Assembly (NCBI GenBank): GCA_963667035.1
Contig: OY762964.1
Location: 960,001-1,024,000 of the forward strand
Direction: 5' to 3'
Length of the DNA stretch: 64,000 nt
From: Candidatus Cloacimonadales bacterium
GTDB taxonomy: Bacteria > Cloacimonadota > Cloacimonadia > Cloacimonadales > JAFGVF01
The notes beneath the pieces were generated by a model, which was not told the origin of the DNA, did not search any database, and saw nothing but the letters and a program-made list of their open reading frames with translations. This document shows positions 20,551 to 32,089 of this stretch, in pieces (within the stretch, counting starts at the first letter, position 1; each line of letters opens with the position of its first letter). A program made the position numbers and the translations under genes.

Positions 20551-21474
20551 CTAGATAATTTTCTCTATTACATAATTGGGTCTATTCTTTGTTTCAAGAT
20601 AAACTCTTCCCAAATACTCTCCAATAACTCCTAAAAAAACAAAAAGAATACCGAACAAAAAGAGTTGGATTACAATAATTGAAGTCCAACCCGGTAAAAG
20701 AGAATTAGAGAAGATTCTATTAACTATCAGTAAAATCATACATAAAAAACTAATAATTGCCAGTATAATACCACTTACGGTTGCCATTTTAATCGGAAAA
20801 AGAGAGTATGAGAATATACGTTGAGCAGTTAAAGAAAGACTCTTCTTCAATGTGTAACCGGATTTCCCTGCAAACCTTGAATCTCTATTAAGAGGTACCG
20901 GAGTATAACTTAATCCTGACCAGTATAGTAAACTTAGTACAGTTCCGGTAGATTCATTGATTGTTAGTAATGGCTTTATTGCTTCTGCTCTCATTATTCT
21001 AAATACACCCAAACCTCTTTCATAGTGTATATTCGTAACTTTTTGTGAAAAATTATAGAAGAGGGCAGATGCAAGCTTCTTGCTTAAAGAGTCATCTCTT
21101 GACTCCCATAGAGCAATAGCCATTACCGTATCTTTCGTTAACATCTCACGAAGTAATGTTGGAATATCTTCCGGTCTGTCCTGTAAATCCGAATCCATGA
21201 GTACAATGAAATCATTCTTTACTTGATGTAATCCGGCCGCAATAGCAGATGCTTGTCCGAAGTTTCGTGCGAGTTTTACTAACTTAAGATTGGGATTTTC
21301 TACTTTATGCTCAATAATAACATTAACCGATTTATCTTTTGAACCATCATCAACAAAAATAATCTCATAATCATCAGTAATGCTCTCACAAACAGGAACA
21401 AGTCTCTTAAGAAGTTCAGATAGCACTTCTTCGTCATTGTACACAGGAATTACAACCGAGATACTTTCTTTCAT
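20551..21474 (-). CDS. GT2 polyprenol-phosphate glycosyltransferase (GtrB/ArnC-like)
   Basis: VVIPVYN, VDDGSKD, RNFGQ, MDSDLQD, two C-terminal TMs, IGEYLGR, RPNY. Confidence 0.9.
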   Translation of the reverse strand: MKESISVVIPVYNDEEVLSELLKRLVPVCESITDDYEIIFVDDGSKDKSVNVIIEHKVENPNLKLVKLARNFGQASAIAAGLHQVKNDFIVLMDSDLQDRPEDIPTLLREMLTKDTVMAIALWESRDDSLSKKLASALFYNFSQKVTNIHYERGLGVFRIMRAEAIKPLLTINESTGTVLSLLYWSGLSYTPVPLNRDSRFAGKSGYTLKKSLSLTAQRIFSYSLFPIKMATVSGIILAIISFLCMILLIVNRIFSNSLLPGWTSIIVIQLFLFGILFVFLGVIGEYLGRVYLETKNRPNYVIEKII

Positions 21475-21479
21475 ATAAA

Positions 21480-22538
21480 TCACCTATTCGAATAATTTGT
21501 TTCAATCCAAGTAAGGTATTCACCGCTTTTTATATTATCCATCCAAGCTTTATTTGCTAAATACCATTTAATTGTTCTTCGAATTCCTTCTGCAAAATCT
21601 ACGCTTAACTCAAAACCTAGCTCTGTTTTCAATTTATCCATATTGATAGCATATCTCCAGTCATGTCCCGGTCTGTCCTTAACGTAAGTAATCAAGTTTT
21701 TAAAGTATTCTTTCTCTTCATTCATTTCTTCAGCCATGAGTTCGCAAAGAGTGTTCACAATATCAATGTTCTTAATTTCATTCTCACCACCGATATTATA
21801 TGTTTCTCCTCTTTTGCCTTTAGTTATAATTGTCCATATAGCTCTACAGTGGTCTTCTACATAAAGCCAGTCTCTAACATTGAGACCTTTACCATAAACC
21901 GGAAGTGGCTTACTTTCTAACATGTTGTTAATCATAACAGGAATAAGCTTCTCAGGGAATTGATACGGACCATAATTGTTTGAGCAATTTGAAATTGTCA
22001 CAGGTAACCCATAAGTATGATAATAAGCACTCACCAGATGGTCACTAGAAGCTTTCGAAGCTGAATAAGGTGAATGGGGATCATAAGCCGTTGTTTCATA
22101 AAAGAAACCCTCGTCAGTCAATGAACCATATACTTCATCAGTAGATACATGATGAAACAGGACATCTTTTTTGTCATTCCAATACTTTCTAGCACATTCC
22201 AATAAATTAAAAGTTCCATTTATATTTGTGTCTATAAATTCCTTAGGACCTGTTATCGAACGATCAACATGGCTTTCTGCAGCAAAATGTACTACTATAT
22301 CCGGATTATATCTCATAAACACTTTATCAAGAGAATCATAGTCGGCAATATCTACTTTCTCAAAATGATAATTCTCTGGGAAGCGATTACTAATATCGTT
22401 TAAACTAAGCGGATTCCCTGCATAGGTCAATTTGTCAACATTCACAACGTTGAGATTCTCTCCATTCAATGAAAAAAGGTAATGGATAAAATTTGAACCG
22501 ATAAATCCGGCTCCTCCTGTAACTAATAATGTTTTCAT
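21480..22538 (-). CDS. rfbB: dTDP-glucose 4,6-dehydratase
   Basis: [55 protein letters not shown]. Confidence 0.96.
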   Translation of the reverse strand: MKTLLVTGGAGFIGSNFIHYLFSLNGENLNVVNVDKLTYAGNPLSLNDISNRFPENYHFEKVDIADYDSLDKVFMRYNPDIVVHFAAESHVDRSITGPKEFIDTNINGTFNLLECARKYWNDKKDVLFHHVSTDEVYGSLTDEGFFYETTAYDPHSPYSASKASSDHLVSAYYHTYGLPVTISNCSNNYGPYQFPEKLIPVMINNMLESKPLPVYGKGLNVRDWLYVEDHCRAIWTIITKGKRGETYNIGGENEIKNIDIVNTLCELMAEEMNEEKEYFKNLITYVKDRPGHDWRYAINMDKLKTELGFELSVDFAEGIRRTIKWYLANKAWMDNIKSGEYLTWIETNYSNR

Positions 22539-22539
22539 G

Positions 22540-23925
22540 TTACCTCAATTTCTTTTCTTTTATCATTTTGTATAGCGTTAATATATTAATCAATAAGCTA
22601 CCAAGGATTATAGCTTGGGCACTATATGTAAATCTATTAGAATCATGTAAAGTAATTGTTAGAGCATTTGCCAATGGAAAGTATCCTATAAAGAATATGA
22701 GTGTTAAGGAATAGATGTTTTTGAGTATAGATTTTCTTATTACAGCAAGTATCAACACTATTATTGTTGTAATTAGCCAGCCAAAACTAACCATAAGATA
22801 CATTAATTTATAGGCAAGTATAATGATTGATGGTAGTACAATGTTTTGAGGCTCAGCATCGTAAGTTACACTACTAAATCTGAAGCTGTTTAAAAACGAG
22901 AAGACTCTTAAAGGGAATAAATCAGCTTGCGTTAATCTTGAGCTAATCCATGTATAGTAGCCTTTCAAAATTTTATATGCTTCTTCATTACTATGACTTT
23001 TAAGAAGCTTATTGTATACTTTTTGTTTTGTAGAGTATCCATTTTGATATTGTAACAGATTTCTTCCTACATATTTCAATAATGAACCTTCAGTTATCGA
23101 TTCTTTACTTTTCCCTAATAGCTCTTCTTTTGTTTCAATACCCAATCTGTTTACTTCTTCATATTCTACAGGGACAACAAGAGTTGAATCAATAAAAATA
23201 GAGCAGTGATTAGCTCCGGGAACACCTCCAACTATCGGGATTAGCTTAAACTGATTATGTACGATTTGATTTCTCAAGCTCCAAGAAAATAATATTATAG
23301 TAAAAGGAAGAAGAAATAAAACTAAGTTTATCAGAGTTCTCTTAAAATCCTTTTGTTTAACCCCAAACAGAATAAGCGATAAAACACCGGCAAAACAGAC
23401 ACCTATTGTATTGTATCTTGCTAAAAATGTTAATCCGAATAAAGTTCCAGATAATATAAGCTCAGTCCTACTAGAGCTTCTTAAAAAGCAATACAGAGAA
23501 TACAATCCGCACATAAATAGGAATATTGTTAATGTTTCAGTAAGAATGAAGAATCCGTTGTTTATTACGGTTAAGTTTAAAAAAAATGTTATAGATGCTA
23601 AATAACTTAACCAAGGTTTACTTGTAATTCCATATACAAGCAAGAAGATTAAAAAGCCGGTTATGGCAATCATAACAAATTGTATGACAACTACATACTT
23701 TAGATAATGATTCGGTGCTATTTTCTGAATAGGAGCCATCATAAGAGGATATAGAGGAGAACGTCTTGGGGTGTCATTCTCGATACCAAGCTCGCCATTA
23801 AAAACTTTAGCTTGTCTTATGTAACTAACGGCATCTCCTTCTATTACGGGTTCAAATTTGATTGCAGTGATAACGAAATACACTAGGGCAATAACTAGGA
23901 AGATTAAACTGTGTTTTTTCATCAT
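22540..23925 (-). CDS. GT-C fold (ArnT/PMT-like) lipid-linked sugar transferase
   Basis: Multi-TM; first-loop GDAVSY, RSPLYP, ILTETL, LARY, late RF motif. Confidence 0.7.
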   Translation of the reverse strand: MMKKHSLIFLVIALVYFVITAIKFEPVIEGDAVSYIRQAKVFNGELGIENDTPRRSPLYPLMMAPIQKIAPNHYLKYVVVIQFVMIAITGFLIFLLVYGITSKPWLSYLASITFFLNLTVINNGFFILTETLTIFLFMCGLYSLYCFLRSSSRTELILSGTLFGLTFLARYNTIGVCFAGVLSLILFGVKQKDFKRTLINLVLFLLPFTIILFSWSLRNQIVHNQFKLIPIVGGVPGANHCSIFIDSTLVVPVEYEEVNRLGIETKEELLGKSKESITEGSLLKYVGRNLLQYQNGYSTKQKVYNKLLKSHSNEEAYKILKGYYTWISSRLTQADLFPLRVFSFLNSFRFSSVTYDAEPQNIVLPSIIILAYKLMYLMVSFGWLITTIIVLILAVIRKSILKNIYSLTLIFFIGYFPLANALTITLHDSNRFTYSAQAIILGSLLINILTLYKMIKEKKLR

Positions 23926-24134
23926 ATTCCTTTACATATATGCATATCTCAAGACAAATGATAGATTACATATAGTCAATTTATTTCTCAGTTAATATTT
24001 ATGCTTTACATATTAGGAATGTTTTACACAAATGAATACTTAACATGACATATATGAGAAATATTGAAACAGGATTTGCGAAATTGCTCATAAACACTAT
24101 ACTTTAGTTATTACACACACAAAATACTACATGG

Positions 24135-26540
24135 ATGATGAAGATTATGCAGCAAAATAAAAGTTTTTTAAGGATTATAATTGTTATTTTCCTGTTAACG
24201 GTAGCTATAACATCAACTTTGCAACATATTAATTTAAAGAGAAACTTAAACTCTTGGTTAGATGAGAACCTACAGCACAGTGTTTTAGCTCTTACTTCAA
24301 TTGAAGAAGACTTTGATGCTTTTAGCTCAAAGACAATTAATGTAATTAATGCTGATGAAGAAGTATCTAAACTAGTTGAGAAAGCAAACATATTGCACAA
24401 AGTTTCTGTTGAATCAATAAATAGTATCCAATCAATATTGGATTCAGACTTGAATACTTATCTTGCAAGTGAAAATAATCAATACAGTTATATTAATTCT
24501 TATCAAGAAAGTGAGTACTTAATTAAGCTTTTTGCAAAAAAGGCTGATAGTAATTTACTTGAGAATGCAAAGGCATACAATAGGGCAGAGACAAGTCTTA
24601 ATTCAATCAGACAACAGATATTTAAATTAATTCTTCCTGTTTATCAAATCAGCTATCCAAACAACATAGACCAGATAAGAGTTTTTCTATATGACATGAC
24701 AGTACTGGTTTCTATCAGTGATGAGAGTGGATTTAACCCGTTAGTAAATAGATTTGGTTATCAATCCGATATCCCTGAGTTAAATAAACTTACCTGTGAT
24801 AAGGGATTAAACATAAAAGCAAATGACCACGATTATCTAGCCTTAAGAAATATTGTCCCATTCCATGAAAATAATACCATTATTGGAGCAATTGAATGTA
24901 GTCTGGGATTGATAAGTGTTAATGAGTTGTTGCATAAACGTAGTAGATCTTCTTCGAATATTTTATGGCTTAAAGATGATTCCTTTGGTCACTCTAATAA
25001 TATGGCATTTTTAGAGAAAACAAAGTTTAAAGATGGATTCTCTTTATGTCAGGCGTCATCAGAACATGATGGAAAGCTTTCACTTGTTTCTTCTGCTTTA
25101 GAGAGAAATTATTACGGTGAGATTAGAGATAAGTTTTATGATTACAATTCATTTGTAATTATGCTGAAAATCGATAATGAAAGTAATTTTGCCACATTCC
25201 TACCCATTACAGACAGTGTGAATGAGCATTACGGGTATTTCATCAGCTTGATTAATAGCGACTACTTTAGAACGATTTCTCATAAAAAATATACATCAAT
25301 ATTGTTAACTTCCGTTTTTATTGCAGCTATTCTAATGATATTATATTTCATTCAGTGTAAGAGGAATGAGAAATCCAGGGTAAACCAAGCTTTAGGAACT
25401 GTTACTGAAAAGCTCTTGGAAGGATTGTTTGTTGTAAATCGAAACGGCAAGGTAAGATTTGTTAATAAGGCCGGTACTTTATTCCTAGGAATGCAAAAAG
25501 ATAACATTATAGATTCTAATGTAAGCGAGTTACTAAGAAAAATTGAGTTTGCTGATAGTGTAAACTGGGAAACAATTATCAATGATATTGATAAGAACGG
25601 GTACTACACAAATGATGAAGGAATCATTGAATTAGAACAAGTTACGATAGCCGCTAGTATAATGGCTATATATATAGCCCCACATGAAGAGATCATACAT
25701 GATTTTCAAGATAGTATAGTTCTGATGTTAAATGATATAACCCATCATAAACTCTATGAACGTCAGTTGTTATATGCGAAACAGGATGCTGAGACTAGTG
25801 ATAGACTTAAATCAACATTCTTGAATAACTTCTCACATGAGATTAGAACACCTCTTAACTCTATTGTTGGTTTCTCATATCTTCTCAAGAACGAAGAAAC
25901 CCCTCAAGAAACTGTTGATAGATATGTGGATATTATTCATACTAATTCTGAATATCTCCTTAAAGTAGTACAGAATATCATAGAGATATCTCAACTTGAA
26001 CAGGATGAATATAAGCTTTATCCTGCTGAATTTAGCCTTAATGGCATGATGCATGATTTGTTTAGAGACTTCGAAAGAAACATCAATGATTCAAGAAAAC
26101 CAATTAAACTAATCTGTAAAACAGGTCTTGATAATAATGAAGATATGGTATACAGTGATTCTAAACGCTTAAAAGCAGTTCTAGAGCACTTACTAGATAA
26201 TGCTGTTAAGTTCACAGAACTAGGAGAGATAGAGTTTGGTTATAAACAACAGTACGAAGGTACACTCATGTTTTGGGTTCGTGATACAGGAATAGGAATT
26301 GATTCATCTGAGCAATGCAGAGTTTTCAAACCATTCTATCAGATTAAAGATGGTAATCATATCAAATTTTCAGGTACAGGGCTTGGATTGTCAATTGCTT
26401 CCAGAGTTGTTCAGTTAATGGGTGGTAATCTATGGTTGGAATCTGAATACACTCAGGGTAGTACACTGCAGTTTGAGATACCGTTAATTACAAAGAAAGA
26501 TATTGAAGATGAGTTAAATCTTTTAGGAATTGAGAGTTAA
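24135..26540 (+). CDS. Membrane PAS-domain sensor histidine kinase (no adjacent response regulator)
   Basis: Two TMs around a large periplasmic domain, PAS (EGLFVVNRNGKVRFVN), SHEIRTPLN, DNAVKFT, DTGIGI, GTGLGL. Confidence 0.9.
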   Translation: MMKIMQQNKSFLRIIIVIFLLTVAITSTLQHINLKRNLNSWLDENLQHSVLALTSIEEDFDAFSSKTINVINADEEVSKLVEKANILHKVSVESINSIQSILDSDLNTYLASENNQYSYINSYQESEYLIKLFAKKADSNLLENAKAYNRAETSLNSIRQQIFKLILPVYQISYPNNIDQIRVFLYDMTVLVSISDESGFNPLVNRFGYQSDIPELNKLTCDKGLNIKANDHDYLALRNIVPFHENNTIIGAIECSLGLISVNELLHKRSRSSSNILWLKDDSFGHSNNMAFLEKTKFKDGFSLCQASSEHDGKLSLVSSALERNYYGEIRDKFYDYNSFVIMLKIDNESNFATFLPITDSVNEHYGYFISLINSDYFRTISHKKYTSILLTSVFIAAILMILYFIQCKRNEKSRVNQALGTVTEKLLEGLFVVNRNGKVRFVNKAGTLFLGMQKDNIIDSNVSELLRKIEFADSVNWETIINDIDKNGYYTNDEGIIELEQVTIAASIMAIYIAPHEEIIHDFQDSIVLMLNDITHHKLYERQLLYAKQDAETSDRLKSTFLNNFSHEIRTPLNSIVGFSYLLKNEETPQETVDRYVDIIHTNSEYLLKVVQNIIEISQLEQDEYKLYPAEFSLNGMMHDLFRDFERNINDSRKPIKLICKTGLDNNEDMVYSDSKRLKAVLEHLLDNAVKFTELGEIEFGYKQQYEGTLMFWVRDTGIGIDSSEQCRVFKPFYQIKDGNHIKFSGTGLGLSIASRVVQLMGGNLWLESEYTQGSTLQFEIPLITKKDIEDELNLLGIES

Positions 26541-26563
26541 TCAGTATAGACGATGAAATAGAG

Positions 26564-26589
26564 AATCCGGTCAGAAAACTGACCGGATT
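26564..26589. terminator. Bidirectional terminator between the kinase and hslU
   Basis: AATCCGGTCAG-aaaa-CTGACCGGATT. Confidence 0.8.
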
Positions 26590-26607
26590 TGTTTATCACA
26601 TTATAAA

Positions 26608-27981
26608 CTAGAGGATATATTTTGATAAATCTTCATTATGAACTAATTCGCCCAATCTCTCATTAACCATTTCAGTGGTAACTACAACCTTCTTAATTTT
26701 CTTATCAGGCATCATGAATTGATAATCTTCAAGTAGTTTGTTAAGGATTGTTTGCAGACGTCTTGCTCCAATATCTTCCATCATTTCGTTTGCTTGGAAG
26801 GAGTATTCTGCAATGGCACTTATTGCTTCTTTCTCGAAAGTCAGCTTTACTTTCTCTGCACCGAAGATAGCCTGATACTGCTTTGTTAGAGCTGTCTCCG
26901 GTTCAACAAGAATTCTTTCAAAATCTTCTTTTGTGAGACTTTTCAATTCTTCTCTAATCGGGAAACGGCCTTGAAGTTCAGGGATCAAGTCAGAAGGCTT
27001 AGCTATATGAAAAGCACCTGCAGCGATAAAAAGAATATGGGATGTGTTAATCATTCCATGTTTTGTCGGGACATTTGAACCTTCTACTATAGGGAGTAAA
27101 TCGCGTTGAACACCGCTTCTGGATACATCAGCTCCATGCCTTTCTTTATTTTCAGCAATCTTATCAATCTCATCAATAAAGATGATTCCGTTACTTTCGA
27201 CTCTTTCTTTGGCTATTTGAATAACTTCTTCTTTCTTCACAAGATTGCTTGCTTCAGATTCAGTAAGTATTCTCAGAGCTTCTGATATCTTAGATTTTTT
27301 ATTTTTCCTTTTATTTCTTCCAGGCATGATATTGTTAATCATATCATTGAAGTTAAAGTCCATTGTTTCCATATTAACATTGGAAAAAACCTCAATATGA
27401 GAAGCTTTAGGACCTTCATCTACCTGTATCTCAATTTCTTTATCATCCAACTCGCCATTTTCAAGTCTCTCAGCCATCTTATCTCTGGAGCGCTTAGCTC
27501 TTGCTAATCTCTCTTCATATTCTTCAGTTGTTTCTGAGTCCCGTCTACTATTATCAGGGGGTGTAAGTAATTTGTTTAAAACTTTTTCAAAAGCTATTTT
27601 CTTAGCTTTACCTTGAACTTGCTCTATTAACTCAGCTCTTACTTGATTAATAGCTATATCAAAAAGCTCTCTTATCATTGATTCAACATCACGACCAACG
27701 TAACCGATTTCTGTGAATTTGGAAGCTTCAACTTTTATAAAAGGTGCATTCGCTAATCTAGAGAGTCTTCTAGCTATTTCTGTTTTACCTACTCCGGTAG
27801 GTCCAATCAATATAATGTTATTTGGAACAATCTCGTTTTGCAATTGTCCTTCAACTTGTTGTCTTCTCCATCTGTTTCTTAATGCAATTGCAACAGCCTT
27901 CTTAGCATTTGTTTGTCCTATAATATATTTATCTAGTTCCTCAACAATACGCTTAGGGGTTAAATCACTGACTTCTACCAT
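26608..27981 (-). CDS. hslU: ATP-dependent protease ATPase subunit HslU
   Basis: AIALRNRWRR, GPTGVGKTE, GYVGRDVES, FIDEIDK, ELQGRFPIR. Confidence 0.97.
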   Translation of the reverse strand: MVEVSDLTPKRIVEELDKYIIGQTNAKKAVAIALRNRWRRQQVEGQLQNEIVPNNIILIGPTGVGKTEIARRLSRLANAPFIKVEASKFTEIGYVGRDVESMIRELFDIAINQVRAELIEQVQGKAKKIAFEKVLNKLLTPPDNSRRDSETTEEYEERLARAKRSRDKMAERLENGELDDKEIEIQVDEGPKASHIEVFSNVNMETMDFNFNDMINNIMPGRNKRKNKKSKISEALRILTESEASNLVKKEEVIQIAKERVESNGIIFIDEIDKIAENKERHGADVSRSGVQRDLLPIVEGSNVPTKHGMINTSHILFIAAGAFHIAKPSDLIPELQGRFPIREELKSLTKEDFERILVEPETALTKQYQAIFGAEKVKLTFEKEAISAIAEYSFQANEMMEDIGARRLQTILNKLLEDYQFMMPDKKIKKVVVTTEMVNERLGELVHNEDLSKYIL

Positions 27982-28515
27982 TTATAACTCCTCTACTACC
28001 AGATTATGGTTTGTGTAAATACAGATATCGGCTGCAATATGGAGAGATTTCTCAGCTATCTCTCGAGCTGAAAAATCAGTATTATCATATAGTGCTCTTG
28101 CCGATGATAAGGCATAATTACCTCCTGACCCTATAGTGATTATATTGTCATCTGATTCCAACACATCACCAAGTCCGCTGATTAATAATAAACCATCTTT
28201 ATCGCCAACAATTATCATGGCTTCCAATTTTCTCAAAACTCTATCCGATCTCCATGCTTTTGCTAGTTCAACAGCTGCTTTTTTCAGATTCCCTTTTGTT
28301 GCTTTTAAATTCTCTTCAAAGCGTTCGAAAAGAGTAAATGCATCAGCTGTTGCTCCTGCAAATCCGGCAACTACATTACCATTGTATAATTTTCTTATTT
28401 TTAGAGCTTTACCTTTTATGACAGTATTGCCAAGAGTAACTTGTCCGTCTCCGGCAATGACAGTTTTCCCATTCTTTCTAACACCGATTATGGTAGTTCC
28501 ATGAAAAGCTTCCAC
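27982..28515 (-). CDS. hslV: ATP-dependent protease subunit HslV
   Basis: TTI nucleophile after a short MEAFHG leader, [28 protein letters not shown]. Confidence 0.97.
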   Translation of the reverse strand: MEAFHGTTIIGVRKNGKTVIAGDGQVTLGNTVIKGKALKIRKLYNGNVVAGFAGATADAFTLFERFEENLKATKGNLKKAAVELAKAWRSDRVLRKLEAMIIVGDKDGLLLISGLGDVLESDDNIITIGSGGNYALSSARALYDNTDFSAREIAEKSLHIAADICIYTNHNLVVEEL

Positions 28516-28819
28516 TTATCACCTCCATGATGAGTTTTATCAATCAAACACTACGACTGCTAATTTGTCAAGGAATATTCTATTTATACTCTTGTTATGA
28601 ATACAATCAAAAGAAGTTGATTACTTCTTCAAGTTATTTCTATGGATTACTTTAAATTAACTTGAATAACTTCACTCATTTTCCGTTTTGCCTTGTGATT
28701 TGATATACAGCAAGTTACAAAAGTTTCATTATTTATAAACGCTATTTATTTAGTATATAAATGTTGACAAAGTTGTTTACGGTTAATAATAAAGACTAAC
28801 TGGATGGGAGGTTACAAAT

Positions 28820-30616
28820 ATGAATATATTAGGAATTAATGCTTTTGATCAAAATCCTGCTGCTTGTTTAGTTATCGATGGTAAATTAGTAGGCTTCTCA
28901 CATGAAGAAAGATTTAACAGGTTAAAGTGTTCTCATAAAATGTTTCCATCATTGGCAATCAATTGGTTATTGAAAAGTAATAGAATGACGTTGTCTGATA
29001 TAGATATAATAGCATTTGGCTGGAATGTAGATAAGTATCCTTATAAAATGTTAGGTCACTTGGCCAAGCAAGCAGTTAAATCAAAGTTTATAAATTCACC
29101 ATATAAGCATAAAAACTATAAAAATGCAAGTATAGTTGCAGGACTGGAGGAATTGTTACATTTTAATAGAAAAGGATTATCTCAAAAGATACGAGATAGT
29201 CTTAGAGAAAGTGGACATAGTGGGGATATACCAAAAATAGAATTCAGAGATCATCATCTCTCGCATGCCTACCAATCATTCTATCAATCTTCGTTTGAAA
29301 AATCAATAGTGTTAGTAGCCGATGGTCACGGGGAGGAATATTGTATATCAGGATATTTAGTAGATAAAGGTGAGTTTAAGAGAATTTATTCCAAGGTTAT
29401 ACCTTACTCATTAGGGTGGTTTTACAGTGGATTCACAGCTTATCTTGGTTTCCATCCTAACAGAGATGAAGGTAAATTGATGGGGCTAGCTGCATATGGT
29501 GAGTATAATAGAGATAATAATCCTTGGTTAGAAAGACTAGATAAAATACTTAAGATAAACGAGACCGGTTTTGAGATGAATCCTTATTACTTTAAAATGG
29601 GTAACAACTCTTTCCATTCAAGATATACTGATAATTTATATAAATTCATTACGGATTATGATTCAACAATGACACCATTACATGTTAATGAAATTTACAA
29701 TAAAACAGGTAAATATAAGTATTTGGAACAGAAATACATTGATTTGGCTTTTGCTTCTCAAACAAAGCTCGAGGAAGCTCTATCTTCAATAGTGTCTTAC
29801 ATGGTAAAGCAGACAGGAGTTACTAACCTTTGCACTGCCGGAGGTGTATTTATGAATTGTAAAGCAAATAGAGCAATATTAGATAATAGTGGAATAAAAA
29901 ATATATTTATACATCCTGCTTCTTCTGATGATGGTTCAGCAATAGGAGCTGCATTTATTCTGGCAAAGGAATGTGGTGATAATCCGAGAAACATTCTTAC
30001 AAATGTACAGCAAGGAGCATCTTTTTCCAATGACGACGTTCTTAAAGCTGTAAAATCTGCGGGACTCAAATTTTTAACACCAGAAGATATTACTTCTGAT
30101 ACTGCGAAATTGTTATCGGAAGGTAAATATGCTGGATGGTTCCAAGGAGCTTCTGAAATGGGGGCAAGAGCTTTAGGAGGAAGATCAATAATTGCTTCTC
30201 CTCATGATGTTGAAACTAAAACTAACATCAACAGAAGAGTTAAATTTAGAGAAGAATGGAGACCATATTGTCCGTCAATGCTTTATGAAACAAAAGATAA
30301 ATATTTAGTAAATGCAGTAGAATCTCCATTTATGATACTTGCTTCTGAAGCAACTGAAGCTCTTAAGAAGTGTGCAAAAGCTACTGTACATATAGATGGT
30401 ACAGTCCGCCCACAGACTGTTAGGAAAGAGTACTTACCTAAGTGGTACGAGATGATTAAAAATGTCGGTGAATTTACCAATAATCCTGTAGTACTAAATA
30501 CTTCCTTTAATGTCAGAGGAGAGCCTATTGTGAATTCTCCTTTCGATGCAATAAGAACTTTTTATTCAACAGGGCTTGATTTTCTTGCTATCGAAGATGT
30601 ATTGATAATGAAATAA
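28820..30616 (+). CDS. Carbamoyltransferase, CmcH/NodU family
   Basis: HEERFNR, HHLSHA, DGHGE, EGKLMGLAAYG, AGGVFMN, KFREEWRP, LNTSFN. Confidence 0.93.
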   Translation: MNILGINAFDQNPAACLVIDGKLVGFSHEERFNRLKCSHKMFPSLAINWLLKSNRMTLSDIDIIAFGWNVDKYPYKMLGHLAKQAVKSKFINSPYKHKNYKNASIVAGLEELLHFNRKGLSQKIRDSLRESGHSGDIPKIEFRDHHLSHAYQSFYQSSFEKSIVLVADGHGEEYCISGYLVDKGEFKRIYSKVIPYSLGWFYSGFTAYLGFHPNRDEGKLMGLAAYGEYNRDNNPWLERLDKILKINETGFEMNPYYFKMGNNSFHSRYTDNLYKFITDYDSTMTPLHVNEIYNKTGKYKYLEQKYIDLAFASQTKLEEALSSIVSYMVKQTGVTNLCTAGGVFMNCKANRAILDNSGIKNIFIHPASSDDGSAIGAAFILAKECGDNPRNILTNVQQGASFSNDDVLKAVKSAGLKFLTPEDITSDTAKLLSEGKYAGWFQGASEMGARALGGRSIIASPHDVETKTNINRRVKFREEWRPYCPSMLYETKDKYLVNAVESPFMILASEATEALKKCAKATVHIDGTVRPQTVRKEYLPKWYEMIKNVGEFTNNPVVLNTSFNVRGEPIVNSPFDAIRTFYSTGLDFLAIEDVLIMK

Positions 30617-30826
30617 CTACTTTGAAGATAGTAAAATGGGTATTTATTACAGAATGTTTGATAATAGCTGTTATATGTAAGGAAGAGGTATTTGTGTGTT
30701 GGGTATGAAACGGTTTCATAACGAAAATATTCACATTTATGATATAATCAATGATTCCGATTAAAAAATTAAGAGAGTCATTTGGAACAGTTTTACTCAA
30801 GCACATACTTATATACTGGAGGAGAA

Positions 30827-31915
30827 ATGATAAGATGTTCAAAGTGCTTACTACCTCAAGATTTACCGGGAAGCAATTTCAATAGCGAAGGTGAATGTTA
30901 TTGGTGCCAGACTAATTTTCCCGGTTATAGTCCTGTAGGAAATGAGAAATTAAGAGAGATGTTGGCAAAGAATAGAGTTAATGATGATAATGCGGATTGT
31001 CTTGTTGGTTTTAGTGGTGGAAAAGATAGTACTTATGCTTTGTTAAGACTAAAGAATGAATATGGAATGAAGGTTGAAGCTTTCACTTACGTGCATGAAG
31101 GCACGAAATCTTTTTCTTTGGAGAATGCTAAAAATATATGCAAGAGTAATGGCATAAAGCATCATATTGTGAGCTTGAAGAATGAAGCACATTTAAAATC
31201 TTTTAAGGATTACTTTAAGGCATGGATTAATAATCCTACACCTACTAGTGCAAACATGACTTGTGTAGCATGTAAGCATTTGCATGTTTTAGGTTCCCAA
31301 ATTGCTGTTGATAGGAAAATACCAATGATAATATGGGCTAGTAGTCCATTGGAGTACGCTCCATTTCTAGCTATAAAGCATAAGACGGGAGCGAGTAACT
31401 TTCAAAGAGATGGGATGAGTAAAAGTGGTGTTCTTATGGTTAAGGAAATGCTCAGTTCTCCTACGTTCACAAAAGGTGTGTTGAAAAATTTCAATACAAC
31501 TCTCTATGGATGCCTTTCAGTCTTCCCCTCTTCGTCTTATTTAAAGAAGAGATTTCCTACTGTAAAACCTGTTATGTTTTTTGAGTTTGAGAATTGGGAT
31601 CCTCCTATGATGATAGAGTATATTAACTCATGTTCAGAATGGATTAAGCCTAAAGAAGTAAAAGAGGACTGGCATTCAGATTGTGTCTTCAATATTTTTA
31701 AAGAGTATATGTTTCAAAAGATGTATGGAGCAAGTTATACAGATGCTTTTCTTAGTAATCAGGTACGCTATGGCATGATTAGCAGAGAGAAGGCTTATGA
31801 GAGGTTACTACAAAGTAAGAAATACTTTGCTAAGGCAGTTATAGAAGAACTTAAAACTCTTGATTTGATGGAACTTGAATCAAAGATTGATTTATCGTGC
31901 TTTGATGTAGATTAG
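30827..31915 (+). CDS. PP-loop N-acetyl-sugar amidotransferase-like protein (WbuX/WbpG-like)
   Basis: N-terminal CSKC...CYWC, SGGKDS PP-loop, CVAC, QVRYGMISRE. RBS GGAGGAG precedes ATG 30827. Confidence 0.75.
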   Translation: MIRCSKCLLPQDLPGSNFNSEGECYWCQTNFPGYSPVGNEKLREMLAKNRVNDDNADCLVGFSGGKDSTYALLRLKNEYGMKVEAFTYVHEGTKSFSLENAKNICKSNGIKHHIVSLKNEAHLKSFKDYFKAWINNPTPTSANMTCVACKHLHVLGSQIAVDRKIPMIIWASSPLEYAPFLAIKHKTGASNFQRDGMSKSGVLMVKEMLSSPTFTKGVLKNFNTTLYGCLSVFPSSSYLKKRFPTVKPVMFFEFENWDPPMMIEYINSCSEWIKPKEVKEDWHSDCVFNIFKEYMFQKMYGASYTDAFLSNQVRYGMISREKAYERLLQSKKYFAKAVIEELKTLDLMELESKIDLSCFDVD

Positions 31916-32071
31916 ACTAAAACATGTCGGTTATTGAAAATTTATGGAAGACGAGATAGCCAATATTACTGATTTGCATTTTATCAACGTGGAATTTATC
32001 AATTGTAATATGTTGCAATTATGGAGGTTATAGTACTGTTTAGTATGTGTTAAGCTCATCATTAAGTTTAA

Positions 32072-32089
32072 TTGTGAAAATCATCACAG
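32072..32089. promoter_or_regulatory. Putative Rex (NADH/NAD+ sensor) operator upstream of PFOR
   Basis: TTGTGAA-aatc-ATCACAG versus consensus TTGTGAA-N4-TTCACAA (12/14), just upstream of TTGACA at 32106. Confidence 0.5.

Noticed and set aside
28611..28675. Short inverted repeats (TTCAAGTTA/TAACTTGAA) in the hslV-carbamoyltransferase divergent region
   Set aside because: Not CIRCE or CtsR consensus; AT-rich and too weak to call.
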